From NCBI GenBank assembly GCA_035529075.1, contig DATKXK010000005.1:196981-260980 (forward strand): a DNA stretch of 64,000 bases, in the 5' to 3' direction. Below the pieces are notes generated by a model, which searched no databases, had not been told where the DNA came from, and saw nothing but the letters and a program-made list of their open reading frames with translations. Positions 47,949 through 59,783 of the stretch are shown piece after piece. Each line of letters opens with the position of its first letter. The first letter of the stretch is position 1. This DNA comes from Acidobacteriota bacterium (lineage in GTDB: Bacteria > Zixibacteria > MSB-5A5 > GN15 > FEB-12). The translations under genes and the position numbers were made by a program.

Positions 47949-48923
47949 ATGAAGATTATAATACCGGTAGCCGGTACGGGTACGCGTCTTCGGCCGCACA
48001 CGTACTCGCTTCCCAAGCCGCTTCTGCACGTGGCGGGCAGACCCGTTATTACCCATCTGCTTGATCCGGTGGTGCCGCTTGACCCTGAGGAGGTCATCTT
48101 TGTCGTCGGGTACCGGGGCGAGCAGGTCCGGGAGTACATCCGGGCCAACTACTCGTTCAACGCGCGGTTCGTGCACCAGGACCGGTTGCTCGGCCTCGGG
48201 TATGCCTTGAACCTGGCGCTGGCCGGCGTCGATGGCGGCGAAGTTCTGGTCATCCTTGGTGACACGGTCGTGGAGTGCGACCTGCGAAAGTTCGTGGCCG
48301 CGGGCGATTTCGTGCTTGGTCTGCGGCAGGTGGCCGATCCGACCAGGTTCGGCATCGCCGAAGTCAAGGACAACCGCGTGGTGAGCCTGGAGGAGAAACC
48401 GCAGAACCCCAAGACCAATCTGGCGGTGATCGGCCTATACTTCTTCAAGGACATTGCCAAGCTCAGTTCGACGCTGGCCTCGCACGTCCAGAGCGGCAGA
48501 TTGACGCGAGGCGAAGTGCAGTTTACCGATGCCCTGCAGGAGATGATCGAATCCGGGATTCACTTTGTCCCGTACGAGGTTCGCGAGTGGTACGACTGCG
48601 GCAAGAAGGAGACCATGCTCGAGACCAACCGCCACCTTCTGCGCAGCGTGGGCAACACGGTGAAGATTGACGGATCGGTGATCATCCCACCGGTGTTCGT
48701 GGCACCGTCGGCCAAGGTGATCAACGCCGTCCTGGGGCCGGATGTTTCGGTCTCCGAGGGGGCGATTATTCGGCGGTCGATCATCAGTAATTCGATCATC
48801 GCAAGCAATGCAACCGTCCACGACGCGCTTATAGAGAATTCCATTATCGGGCAGGAAGCGGTCGTCAAGGGGTGCAACCAGGTTCTCAACATCGGCGATT
48901 CATCGGACATCACTCCGGCCTGA
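47949..48923 (+). CDS. Sugar-phosphate nucleotidyltransferase with C-terminal hexapeptide-repeat domain
   Basis: The start is trimmed to [16 protein letters not shown]...LPKPLL. The C-terminus is a left-handed beta-helix. Confidence 0.82.
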   Translation: MKIIIPVAGTGTRLRPHTYSLPKPLLHVAGRPVITHLLDPVVPLDPEEVIFVVGYRGEQVREYIRANYSFNARFVHQDRLLGLGYALNLALAGVDGGEVLVILGDTVVECDLRKFVAAGDFVLGLRQVADPTRFGIAEVKDNRVVSLEEKPQNPKTNLAVIGLYFFKDIAKLSSTLASHVQSGRLTRGEVQFTDALQEMIESGIHFVPYEVREWYDCGKKETMLETNRHLLRSVGNTVKIDGSVIIPPVFVAPSAKVINAVLGPDVSVSEGAIIRRSIISNSIIASNATVHDALIENSIIGQEAVVKGCNQVLNIGDSSDITPA

Positions 48924-48973
48924 GCGATCGTGTATCCACTGAACGAAGAAAAAAATATCGAGGAGCAGAGTAT

Positions 48974-51399
<2,426 letters not shown>

Positions 51400-51491
51400 G
51401 GCGGCGCGTGCGGTCTTAGCCTTCGGCACGGGATACCGGCCCCGCCGCCGATCATCTGCACAACACGGGCAAACACAAGGGAGGATTACGC

Positions 51492-52349
51492 GTGCGCTCA
51501 CCTATTATCCGCTTGACTGTCGCGCCGGTGCTGCTTCTGGCGTGCCTGGTCGTTCTGCAATGCGGTCAGGTCGACCGGCAGACAACTTCGCGGCCGTACC
51601 TGATTCTCTTTGCCTTCGACGCCGAGGGAGAGTTTCTGAGCGAGCAGATGTCCGTCAGCAAGGTCGAAAAACACCTTGGTCGGGCCGTCGCAATCGGCGA
51701 ACTGTCCGGCAAAGCCGTCGTCCTGGCCGAGTCCGGTATCGGCATGACGAACGCCGCCATGACGGCGCAGAAGCTGATCGATCTCTATGCTCCCCGGGCC
51801 GTCATCATGACCGGCATTGCCGGCGGTATCGACACGACCGTGCACATAGGGGACATCGTCGCCTGCGACGCCTGGATGCAGCACGACTACGGGTACGTCG
51901 GGGCCGACGGTTTCGAGCACATGGAACTGTATGCGTACATTCCGGGGGACGACAGCCTGGCGGGCATGGTCGCCTTTGAAGCCGACAGTGCCCTGCTCTC
52001 GGCCGCCGTGCGCGTAACCGGCGAACAACTCGACCTTGAGCAGATCGGCGAGAGGACCCCGAGCATTCACGTGGGCGGGATCGGTGTTACCGGCAACACG
52101 TTTATCGATTCCGAGGAAAAGCGGCAGTGGTTATCCGATGAGTTCGGGGCGCTGGTAACGGACATGGAGTCGGCCGCCGTGGCTCACGCGTGCACCGTCA
52201 ACGGCGTTCCCTTCATTATATTCCGATCCGCTTCCGACCTCGCGGGCGGTTCCGGCTCGGAGACGGCCGAGGAAGAGCTGGAGGAGTTTTTCGAGGTAGC
52301 CGCCGACAACTCCGGCCAGGTAGTGATTTCGTTCCTGCGGGAGTTGTAG
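51492..52349 (+). CDS. MTA/SAH nucleosidase-like (PNP_UDP_1 family) protein with an N-terminal signal/anchor sequence
   Basis: GTG start with AAGGGAGGA upstream. Contains the hydrophobic N-terminus VAPVLLLACLVVLQC, TGIAGG and DMESAAVAHAC. Confidence 0.72.
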   Translation: MRSPIIRLTVAPVLLLACLVVLQCGQVDRQTTSRPYLILFAFDAEGEFLSEQMSVSKVEKHLGRAVAIGELSGKAVVLAESGIGMTNAAMTAQKLIDLYAPRAVIMTGIAGGIDTTVHIGDIVACDAWMQHDYGYVGADGFEHMELYAYIPGDDSLAGMVAFEADSALLSAAVRVTGEQLDLEQIGERTPSIHVGGIGVTGNTFIDSEEKRQWLSDEFGALVTDMESAAVAHACTVNGVPFIIFRSASDLAGGSGSETAEEELEEFFEVAADNSGQVVISFLREL

Positions 52350-52432
52350 AGAACTGACAGCCTCGGCACGAGCAACAGAAGACTGCCGTTAGTGCCCGGG
52401 AGGGGTGTTGTGCTGCAGAGTCAAGTGGCGGG

Positions 52433-53218
52433 TCAGGCGTCTTTTCGCGCTTTCAATGAGAACATTAACGGGTACCGGGCCGGTCCGCCCGGCGGGTACC
52501 AGTACTCGCCGTCATCGGAGTACCAGCCTTCCTCCTCCCGGTAGTAGCTGTAGTTGTACTCCTCGAGATGCTCTATCACGAGTCCCGCACCGATCAGGGC
52601 GTTGACAATGCCGGAGATCGGGTGCTGCCACTCGACTATTTCCCCCTTGATGCGGAAACTGCGGTCGCAGTAGTCGGGGGCGCCGGTCTCGCGGTCGGGA
52701 TCGCGGCGGAAGTAATCGCGCGGCGACTCCCAGAAGACCGCCTTGAACGGGTGATCGTCGATCATGAAGAAGGTGCCGCCCGGTTTGAGGTAGTGTCCCA
52801 CCACCTGTGCCCACCGGGTGATGTCCGAAATCCAGCAGTGCGTGCCGTACGACTGAAAGACGATATCGAACCTGCGGTCAATCCTGCCGATGAGGTTAAG
52901 AATATCGCAGCGGATGAACTCCGCGTTCAGGCCGGTTTGCCGTTTCAGTTCATTCGCCCGTTCGATTGACTTGTCGGAGATATCGATGCCGGTGACGACG
53001 GCACCCTCCCGCGCCCACGAGAGCGTATCAAGGCCGAACTGGCACATCAGGTGCAGCAGGTGTTTGTTGCGGACGTCGCCCATCGTCTCGAGTTCGATGC
53101 GCTTGAGCGACGAACCGCCGGCGGCCACCTCGGCCGTTTTGTACTCCGGGTGGTGCAGGTGCACCTCGACCATCTGGTTCCAGGCGGCGCGGTTCTTTTC
53201 ATGATCCGGGTGCGGCAT
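52433..53218 (-). CDS. Class I SAM-dependent methyltransferase
   Basis: The start is trimmed to ATG 53218, a TGATG junction with lptG. The pattern is Rossmann-like: LHLMCQFGLD...VTGIDIS...D.VF. Confidence 0.75.
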   Translation of the reverse strand: MPHPDHEKNRAAWNQMVEVHLHHPEYKTAEVAAGGSSLKRIELETMGDVRNKHLLHLMCQFGLDTLSWAREGAVVTGIDISDKSIERANELKRQTGLNAEFIRCDILNLIGRIDRRFDIVFQSYGTHCWISDITRWAQVVGHYLKPGGTFFMIDDHPFKAVFWESPRDYFRRDPDRETGAPDYCDRSFRIKGEIVEWQHPISGIVNALIGAGLVIEHLEEYNYSYYREEEGWYSDDGEYWYPPGGPARYPLMFSLKARKDA

Positions 53219-54300
53219 CACTTCTTCGCTTTGAACATGGCGATACAGCCGATGACGAGGAAGACGCCGTTGATGCCCCACACGGCCAGGTCCTGCGGAA
53301 TTTTCTCATTGTATCCCGCCGACTGTGTGACCCGGAAAAGCACAAAGTAGACCAGGGCTATCAGGGCGCCGGCGGCGAAGGAGACGGCGATGCCGCCACG
53401 CCGGGGGTTGGCCGCAAAGGGTATACAGATGAGGCTGACTATAAACGACGTCAGGGGAAAGGCGTACTTGATTTTCAGGTCGATAATTTCCCGGAGGTAC
53501 GGGCCGCCCGTTCGTTTCATCAGGTCTATATAGCGCCGCAGCTCGAGCAGTCCCATGTCTTCGGGCTTGCCGATGCGCCGCGCCAGATCCACCGGTACGT
53601 CCTTGATGTCCCAGAGGATGAGAGAGTCGAACGGGATGAAGGTTTCGTGCGCGGAATCGTCGAAAAGCCTCACGATACCGTCGCGGGCCTGCCAGACGTG
53701 GTTCTCGTAGGCGACGATGGCGGCGGTGGTCAGTTCCTTAAGGCGGTTGCGTTCGGTCTTGTATACTTTGAGGTCGACGCCTTCCTGGCGCTCCACGTTG
53801 AACTTCCCGACGGTGTAGAAGTAGCCGGGCGAAATCTGGCGGTAGATATCGCGCACGGTGGTGAAAGCCTGTTTGGAACGTTTTTCGATGGTGAATTCCT
53901 TCATTTCGACCCGCTTCTTGTTGGCGGGAGGGAAAACATACTCGTTGTAGTAAAAGTGGCCGACCGAGATCAGCAGCGTGACGACCAGGAACGGCAGGGC
54001 GATCCGGTACAGCGAGAGTCCCGAGGCCTTCATGGCCAGGACCTCCATCCGGCGCGCCATCAGCGAAACCGTGAACAGGACAGCCAGCATCACGAACATC
54101 GGCGTGAACGACCTGATCACCCAGCCCCCGAAGTACAGGTAGTATTCGAACACCTGCGCGATCGGTACCCGGTGATCAATAAAATCCCTGAGCTGCTCGA
54201 CCATGTTAATGACAATGATCACGACGCCCACGGTGAGCGTCACCACCATGAGTGACACCAGGAAGTAACGCAGGAGGTAGAGGTCAAGTCTCTTGATCAT
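53218..54300 (-). CDS. lptG: LPS export ABC permease, LptF/LptG (YjgP/YjgQ) family
   Basis: 360 aa with 3 + 3 TM segments flanking a periplasmic beta-jellyroll-like loop. It is the second of a tandem pair. The symbol is assigned by gene order only. Confidence 0.75.
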   Translation of the reverse strand: MIKRLDLYLLRYFLVSLMVVTLTVGVVIIVINMVEQLRDFIDHRVPIAQVFEYYLYFGGWVIRSFTPMFVMLAVLFTVSLMARRMEVLAMKASGLSLYRIALPFLVVTLLISVGHFYYNEYVFPPANKKRVEMKEFTIEKRSKQAFTTVRDIYRQISPGYFYTVGKFNVERQEGVDLKVYKTERNRLKELTTAAIVAYENHVWQARDGIVRLFDDSAHETFIPFDSLILWDIKDVPVDLARRIGKPEDMGLLELRRYIDLMKRTGGPYLREIIDLKIKYAFPLTSFIVSLICIPFAANPRRGGIAVSFAAGALIALVYFVLFRVTQSAGYNEKIPQDLAVWGINGVFLVIGCIAMFKAKK

Positions 54301-54307
54301 CGTCAGG

Positions 54308-55633
54308 CTACTTCACTCGCCGAAAAAACGCGAACAGCGGCTTCTCGCTCACGACAATGTAGACCAGGTACAGGCCGACGGCGCACAGGAGAACGTTTGC
54401 GCCCCACATGGCCCAGAACGGAGACAAGAGCCCGCGGTCAGCCAGGTCCTCGCCGCCGATCAGGAAGGCCCAGTAGATTATGAACAGCACGATGGAAATG
54501 GCGATGGCCATGCCCATACCGCCGCGCCGGGCCAGGATGCCAAGCGGCGCGCCGATAAGAATGAAGGCCAGCGAAGCCGCCGGGATGGAGTACTTCTTCT
54601 GTATCTCTATGTTGAACTTGTTCATCACCTGTTTCTGGGTGCTGATCTGCTGGAGGTTTCGTTCCACGTGCCGCTGCATGACCGAGGCATCGCTCCTGAC
54701 AGCCGCCAGGGCGGCCGAGTCGGAGGCCGTGTCGCCCAGGTTGAAGGCGAACGTATCGCCGAACAGGTATGAGAATTTGTCGTCAAGGTAGGCGGTAATG
54801 CGGCCGCGAGCCGGAGACAGGTTGCCGATAGCCTGGTCCACGCGCTCCTGCATGTCGTCGATCCCCATCTCGCGGTCGGTGCGGTACTCGGTGGAGGTGC
54901 GCTTGAGCTCCGACCCGACGCCCGAGACGTTGATCACCTGGTTCTTGAAGTCCAGCTTCCGGTAGTTCTCCGGTTCGGACACGTCGAACGAGTGCACCTC
55001 GCCGTCGTACAGCGTAAACTGCATGGTCGATTCCCCATCGACCGTCCTGAGGTAGCCGGAATCGGCCACGATGAGCCTCGGTTTGGAGGGTACTTTCGTC
55101 TCGGTGATGCGGACGCCTTCGACGCGCGAGGTCTTGTGGTCGATCCGGTCGATGAGAATGAGGTACCCGGGAATTTCGGATATGAAGACGCCCGAGCGGA
55201 ATATCAAGGTGGGGCGCATCGAGGAGATGGCGCCGGTAAGCTCCCGAGCCTTCTTGTTGAGGTCCGGCAGAATCTTGTCGTTGAATTGCACCATCAGGAC
55301 GGCAATGACCGACCCGGCCAGGAGCAGGGGAACCAGAACGTGAATCAGGTTGACCCCGGACGCCTTGACCGCGGTGATTTCGAAGTCGGAACTTAGCCGC
55401 CCGAAAGCCATCAGCGTCGCCACCAGCACCGACATCGGCACCGACAGGGCCAGCATCCAGGCCAGGTTCAACCCCAGCAACTCCAGCACGACCCACAGGC
55501 TCAGGTCCTTGTCGATGACCCGGTCGATTATTTTGGGGACGTAGTCGATGATGAGCAGAAAAGTGATAGTGAAAAAGGCGAACAAAAACGGAGCGATATG
55601 CTCCTTGAGTATGTAGCGCTGCAGGATCCACAT
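54308..55633 (-). CDS. lptF: LPS export ABC permease, LptF/LptG (YjgP/YjgQ) family
   Basis: The N-terminus is ILQRYILKE...F and the topology is the same as its neighbour. It is the first of the tandem pair. Confidence 0.75.
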   Translation of the reverse strand: MWILQRYILKEHIAPFLFAFFTITFLLIIDYVPKIIDRVIDKDLSLWVVLELLGLNLAWMLALSVPMSVLVATLMAFGRLSSDFEITAVKASGVNLIHVLVPLLLAGSVIAVLMVQFNDKILPDLNKKARELTGAISSMRPTLIFRSGVFISEIPGYLILIDRIDHKTSRVEGVRITETKVPSKPRLIVADSGYLRTVDGESTMQFTLYDGEVHSFDVSEPENYRKLDFKNQVINVSGVGSELKRTSTEYRTDREMGIDDMQERVDQAIGNLSPARGRITAYLDDKFSYLFGDTFAFNLGDTASDSAALAAVRSDASVMQRHVERNLQQISTQKQVMNKFNIEIQKKYSIPAASLAFILIGAPLGILARRGGMGMAIAISIVLFIIYWAFLIGGEDLADRGLLSPFWAMWGANVLLCAVGLYLVYIVVSEKPLFAFFRRVK

Positions 55634-55733
55634 AACGTCAAGCTAATATATCAGTTATACACTTCCGGGCAAACAGAATATTCCGCGCGGAATTGCTTGT
55701 CCCAACGGGGCGGTATGTTGTAGATTCAGTGAC

Positions 55734-56693
55734 ATGCAGGACAAAAGAATCAGGGATTTCGTTGTCGAGGATCGGGTGGAGGGGTTCTTCGCCGTCCGGC
55801 GCAAAGACGTGCGCGAATACACGCGCGGCCAGTATGTCACTCTCGAACTCGGCGACTGCACCGGCAGGGTGCAGGCGGTGTTTTGGGATCCGGACCAGTT
55901 TGCCCTGAAGGAACTGGCCGAGGGGATGGTCGTCAAAGTCCGTGGGGTGGTCGGCGAGTACAACAACAGGATTCAGGTGACGGTGAATCGCGTGCGGCTG
56001 GCCGAGGATAACGAATACGCGCCCGAGGATATCCTGCCCCACGCCTCCACCACGCCCGAGGAACGTAAGGCGCGCATCATGGCACTCACGGACAAAATCG
56101 AGAACGATTACGTAAAGCGCCTTGTCGGCGAGTTCTGGAGCGATGACGCCTTTCTGACCAAGTACCTCAACGCCCCCGCCGGCAAGCTCTGGCACCACGC
56201 CTACATCGGGGGACTTTCCGAACACTCGGCCAACGTGGCGGAACTCGCCCTGCGGGTGGCCGACGGGTACCCGTACCTTAACAGGGACTTCCTCGTTTTC
56301 GGGGGCCTGTTTCACGATGCCGGCAAGATGGATACGTACTCGGCCCGCACGGTCATCGACTACACCGATGAAGGCCGCCTAATCGGGCACATCTGCCTGA
56401 CCGATCACTGGATCGCCGAGCGCGCCGGACGCATTGAGGACTTTCCCGGTCCGCTGTTGACCAACCTGCGCCATCTCATCGTTTCGCACCACGGTGAGAT
56501 TGCCTATGCCTCGCCGGTGGTGCCGCAGATAGCCGAGGCGTTCGTGCTGTACTACTGTGACGAGATTGACAGCAAGATGGGGGCTATCGAGCGCATTCGG
56601 CTCAAGCACGACGGCCGGGGATGGTCCGAGTACGTGAAAATGCTCGACCGCTTCCTGTATTTCGGCGAGGGGAGCCGGGAGTCGGAAGATTGA
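55734..56693 (+). CDS. OB-fold plus HD-domain phosphohydrolase, YhaM-like 3'-5' exoribonuclease family
   Basis: An N-terminal OB fold is followed by the HD motifs HHAYIGGLSEHS and FHDAGK. Confidence 0.72.
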   Translation: MQDKRIRDFVVEDRVEGFFAVRRKDVREYTRGQYVTLELGDCTGRVQAVFWDPDQFALKELAEGMVVKVRGVVGEYNNRIQVTVNRVRLAEDNEYAPEDILPHASTTPEERKARIMALTDKIENDYVKRLVGEFWSDDAFLTKYLNAPAGKLWHHAYIGGLSEHSANVAELALRVADGYPYLNRDFLVFGGLFHDAGKMDTYSARTVIDYTDEGRLIGHICLTDHWIAERAGRIEDFPGPLLTNLRHLIVSHHGEIAYASPVVPQIAEAFVLYYCDEIDSKMGAIERIRLKHDGRGWSEYVKMLDRFLYFGEGSRESED

Positions 56694-57421
56694 CCCCGCC
56701 CGGACCCGTGCTGACTCTGCAAAAGGTGTCGCGCCGGGTCGGCCCGCCCGAGGACGGCAGAGAAATCGTTAGTGACGTCTCCTGTGACATAGAGCGCGGC
56801 GGAATCTACACGGTGCTCGGCCCCTCCGGGGCGGGGAAGAGTTCCCTGCTTCGTCTTATCAACCGTCTGGATGAACCGACCGGGGGCGAGATCACCTTTG
56901 AAGGCAAAGCCCAGCGCGATTACTCTCCGTGCGAGCTGCGCCGAAAGATCGGTTACCTGTTCCAGACGCCGCACCTTTTCCCCGAAACAGTGACCGACAA
57001 CCTGCGATTCGCGCAGGCGGACCTGTCGGAGGATCAACTCCGCGTCCTGATCGAGCAAGTACATTTGAAGGCTGACATGCTTGCCCGTTCGGGGGAGAGC
57101 CTCTCCGTCGGCGAGAAGCAGCGTGTGGCCCTGGCGCGGCTCCTGGCTACCGGTCCGACCGTGGTGTTGCTCGATGAACCGACGTCCGCGCTGGACCCGT
57201 CTTACACGGCGGGTATTGAAGACCTCATCAAGGAACTCGTGTCCAAAGGCGGGCTGACCGTGATAATGGTGACGCATCACCCCGAGCAGGCGTTGCGCAT
57301 GGGCGGCGAGTCGCTTTTCCTGGTGGCCGGGCGCCTGGTCGAAAGCGGGCCGGCCGACCAGGTCGTGAACCACCCGCAGACGGAACTCGGGCGCAGGTAT
57401 AAAAACAGGGATCTCAAATGA
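56690..57421 (+). CDS. ABC transporter ATP-binding protein, FetA/YbbL-like
   Basis: Contains Walker A GPSGAGKSS, the signature LSVGEKQR and Walker B VVLLDEPTSALD. The start is TTG 56690 (overlapping the upstream stop) or GTG 56708. Confidence 0.8.
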   Translation: MTPPGPVLTLQKVSRRVGPPEDGREIVSDVSCDIERGGIYTVLGPSGAGKSSLLRLINRLDEPTGGEITFEGKAQRDYSPCELRRKIGYLFQTPHLFPETVTDNLRFAQADLSEDQLRVLIEQVHLKADMLARSGESLSVGEKQRVALARLLATGPTVVLLDEPTSALDPSYTAGIEDLIKELVSKGGLTVIMVTHHPEQALRMGGESLFLVAGRLVESGPADQVVNHPQTELGRRYKNRDLK

Positions 57422-58194
57422 ATCAGATGGCGGTGATCGGCTACCGCGAAGTTCTGATCGCAGCGGTGCTCGTTTTGCTCTCGATTGCCATCAGCCGGTG
57501 GTGGCGCATTCCGGTGCAGAAGGACATGGCGCTCGGATCGGTCCGCGCCTTTGTGCAGTTGGTGCTCGTTGGCTATGCCTTGGAGTACGTCTTCGCGCTG
57601 GAGTCCATCTGGCTCATTCTGCTGGCTATCATGGTGATGATCATCGTGGGCGCGCACGCCGCCGCCGGCAGGGTTTCCGGCCTGAGACGGGCTATCACGA
57701 TCACGTCGACGGCCATGATAGCCGGATCACTGTTGACTCTGGGGTTTATGCTGCTGCTGGACATTATCACCCTGGAAGCGCGATACGTTATTCCTCTGGC
57801 GGGAATGATCATCGGCAACTCCATGAACGCGTCCGCCCTTACGATCGGTCGCATCAGCGCGGACATCCGCAGTCACCGCCTGGCCATCGAAACGGCCCTT
57901 TCACTCGGGAAGAGCTGGCGCCAGGCCACGCGACCGTACCAGAAGGAGGCCGCTGTTGCGGGCATGCTTTCGATGCTCAACTTTCTGAAAACGGTAGGCA
58001 TTGTTGCCCTTCCGGGTGCGATGACGGGGATGATTCTGGCCGGCGTGGACCCCCTTGACGCCGTGCTGCTTCAGATCGTCGTCGGCTACATGCTGCTCAG
58101 CGCCGTCACGATCACCTCGGTGGTAGCCCTCGAGCTTACGGTCCGGCGGTTCTTCTCGCCGTTTCATCAACTTATCCTGAACGATTCGAAGTAG
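57418..58194 (+). CDS. ABC transporter permease, FetB/YbbM (UPF0014) family
   Basis: ATGA overlap with the ATPase gene. It is 258 aa and polytopic, and its size and pairing are typical of FetAB-type exporters. Confidence 0.75.
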   Translation: MNQMAVIGYREVLIAAVLVLLSIAISRWWRIPVQKDMALGSVRAFVQLVLVGYALEYVFALESIWLILLAIMVMIIVGAHAAAGRVSGLRRAITITSTAMIAGSLLTLGFMLLLDIITLEARYVIPLAGMIIGNSMNASALTIGRISADIRSHRLAIETALSLGKSWRQATRPYQKEAAVAGMLSMLNFLKTVGIVALPGAMTGMILAGVDPLDAVLLQIVVGYMLLSAVTITSVVALELTVRRFFSPFHQLILNDSK

Positions 58195-58471
58195 CCTGCG
58201 GCTGGGGCCAACAAGATCGCGACCCTCGCACGCCTCCACTTGACATGCACGTTGAATCATCCGTTCTTGATGTGAGTGAATGGCATGAGCGGGTAATCAG
58301 GAGGGAAAGATGCCATGAAACGCACAGTGCTGATCTGTATCGCGGTCGCGCTGTTGGTCGTTCTCTTCTCGGGTGACACCAGAGTATCCGATACCATGCT
58401 GGTATCATCGACTATGTAGAAATCCCCCGCCCAACCCGGGTCTACATACGGGCCCCTCCCCAAAGCCGCCG

Positions 58472-59215
58472 TTACTCGATTTCCCGGATTTGCGCCGTTC
58501 TTATGCGCTCTACAGCAGCTTTCATGAGCTCATCCACCGTGTCGGCGTACGTATCGAGAACATACTGACGCTTCCTCTCAATCAGATCCCGCTCCGAAAT
58601 ACCAAAAGGAAAGCGAACAACAAACTCATAGCCTTCAAGATAGTCCAACCAGTCCCGAAAGGCTGCAACTGCCTCCTCGTCCCTGGCTATCCGCTCGATG
58701 AACTGTTCGCCCTCAATAATCAACAGACCATAGTACTTGGCGGAGTTGTCCGGATTACGAGCCCATGTCGGGCGCTTCCCGACTATCTCAGCATATTCCT
58801 CGTCGGCTATTAGCCGGTATCCGGGAAGCTCAGGGCGATTCTCCTTCAGAAATGCGATTTCAGCACCGTAATCCTCATGTAAGTCCTTCCTCCGGTCAAG
58901 CATGTCATAAAAGAAGTTGACTTCCTTGTCTCGGAACAACCAAGTCATTCCGAGCTCAAACTGCCCCGGCTGGTTTCGGCTCTTTTCTACCCACGCGGCT
59001 CTTAATGACGTGTCTTCCTTCAATAATGTAAGGAGCTCGGACACAGAAAAAGCCAAGTTGACGTAGTCGAACCGGTCCAAATGGTCTTTCAACAATTGCA
59101 TGACCTCTCCACTGAGCACAGGAGGGTTGCTCCTTATGCTGTCTGTTTTCTGCTGCGAACAGGCAAGAGCAGCCGCAAAACAACAGAGCATGAACGCTAG
59201 TACTGTCACTCTCAT
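58472..59215 (-). CDS. Hypothetical lipoprotein (lower-G+C patch)
   Basis: The signal carries the lipobox ALAC. I recognise no family. Confidence 0.5.
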   Translation of the reverse strand: MRVTVLAFMLCCFAAALACSQQKTDSIRSNPPVLSGEVMQLLKDHLDRFDYVNLAFSVSELLTLLKEDTSLRAAWVEKSRNQPGQFELGMTWLFRDKEVNFFYDMLDRRKDLHEDYGAEIAFLKENRPELPGYRLIADEEYAEIVGKRPTWARNPDNSAKYYGLLIIEGEQFIERIARDEEAVAAFRDWLDYLEGYEFVVRFPFGISERDLIERKRQYVLDTYADTVDELMKAAVERIRTAQIREIE

Positions 59216-59783
59216 GAGCTATCTCCTCCTAATGCAAAGGCGGGTCTAGAATAGTAATACTAAAATTACGGTTCGTCTGATCTATGATTGCATTGAATGC
59301 ATCGGCGCTTCTTCCAACCCAATTCGTACCCCACTCAAAACCAGGCAGCCCGTAGGTCGGGTTCCAACCGGCCGCAGGCCGGGAGAAACCCGACACGGGC
59401 CCATGTATGAACTACTCTCAGATGCAACCCCCCGGTGAACCAAGAGTATACCGTATGGTCTATGTTGTGTCAAGGCGTGAGTCAGACAGTGACACCGCAG
59501 AAGCCCGTCTTCAGGATGGTCACGCTACTGCCCCAGTCTCTTCAACTGCTTCCCGGCAGACGCCTTGTCTTCCTTCGTCCCGGCCCTGCTTTTCCGTTGT
59601 GCTACAGGAGCTTACGCGCCCCCATGATCAATGTGCGACAGCGCCACATGTTACCTGCTGATTACCACTCGGCGCCGGGCCTTTATTGACAGACTCACCA
59701 TCGGTACTCCTTCCTTGCTCTGCTTGTAAGGTCTGTCCCTCCTGTTCGACTAGTCTGAAAAACCAATGTGGGAGACTACAATT

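Noticed and set aside
48924-48973. SAM riboswitch upstream of metK
   Set aside because: Only 50 nt separate the preceding gene from the metK ATG, too short for any known SAM riboswitch class. No characteristic motifs are seen.
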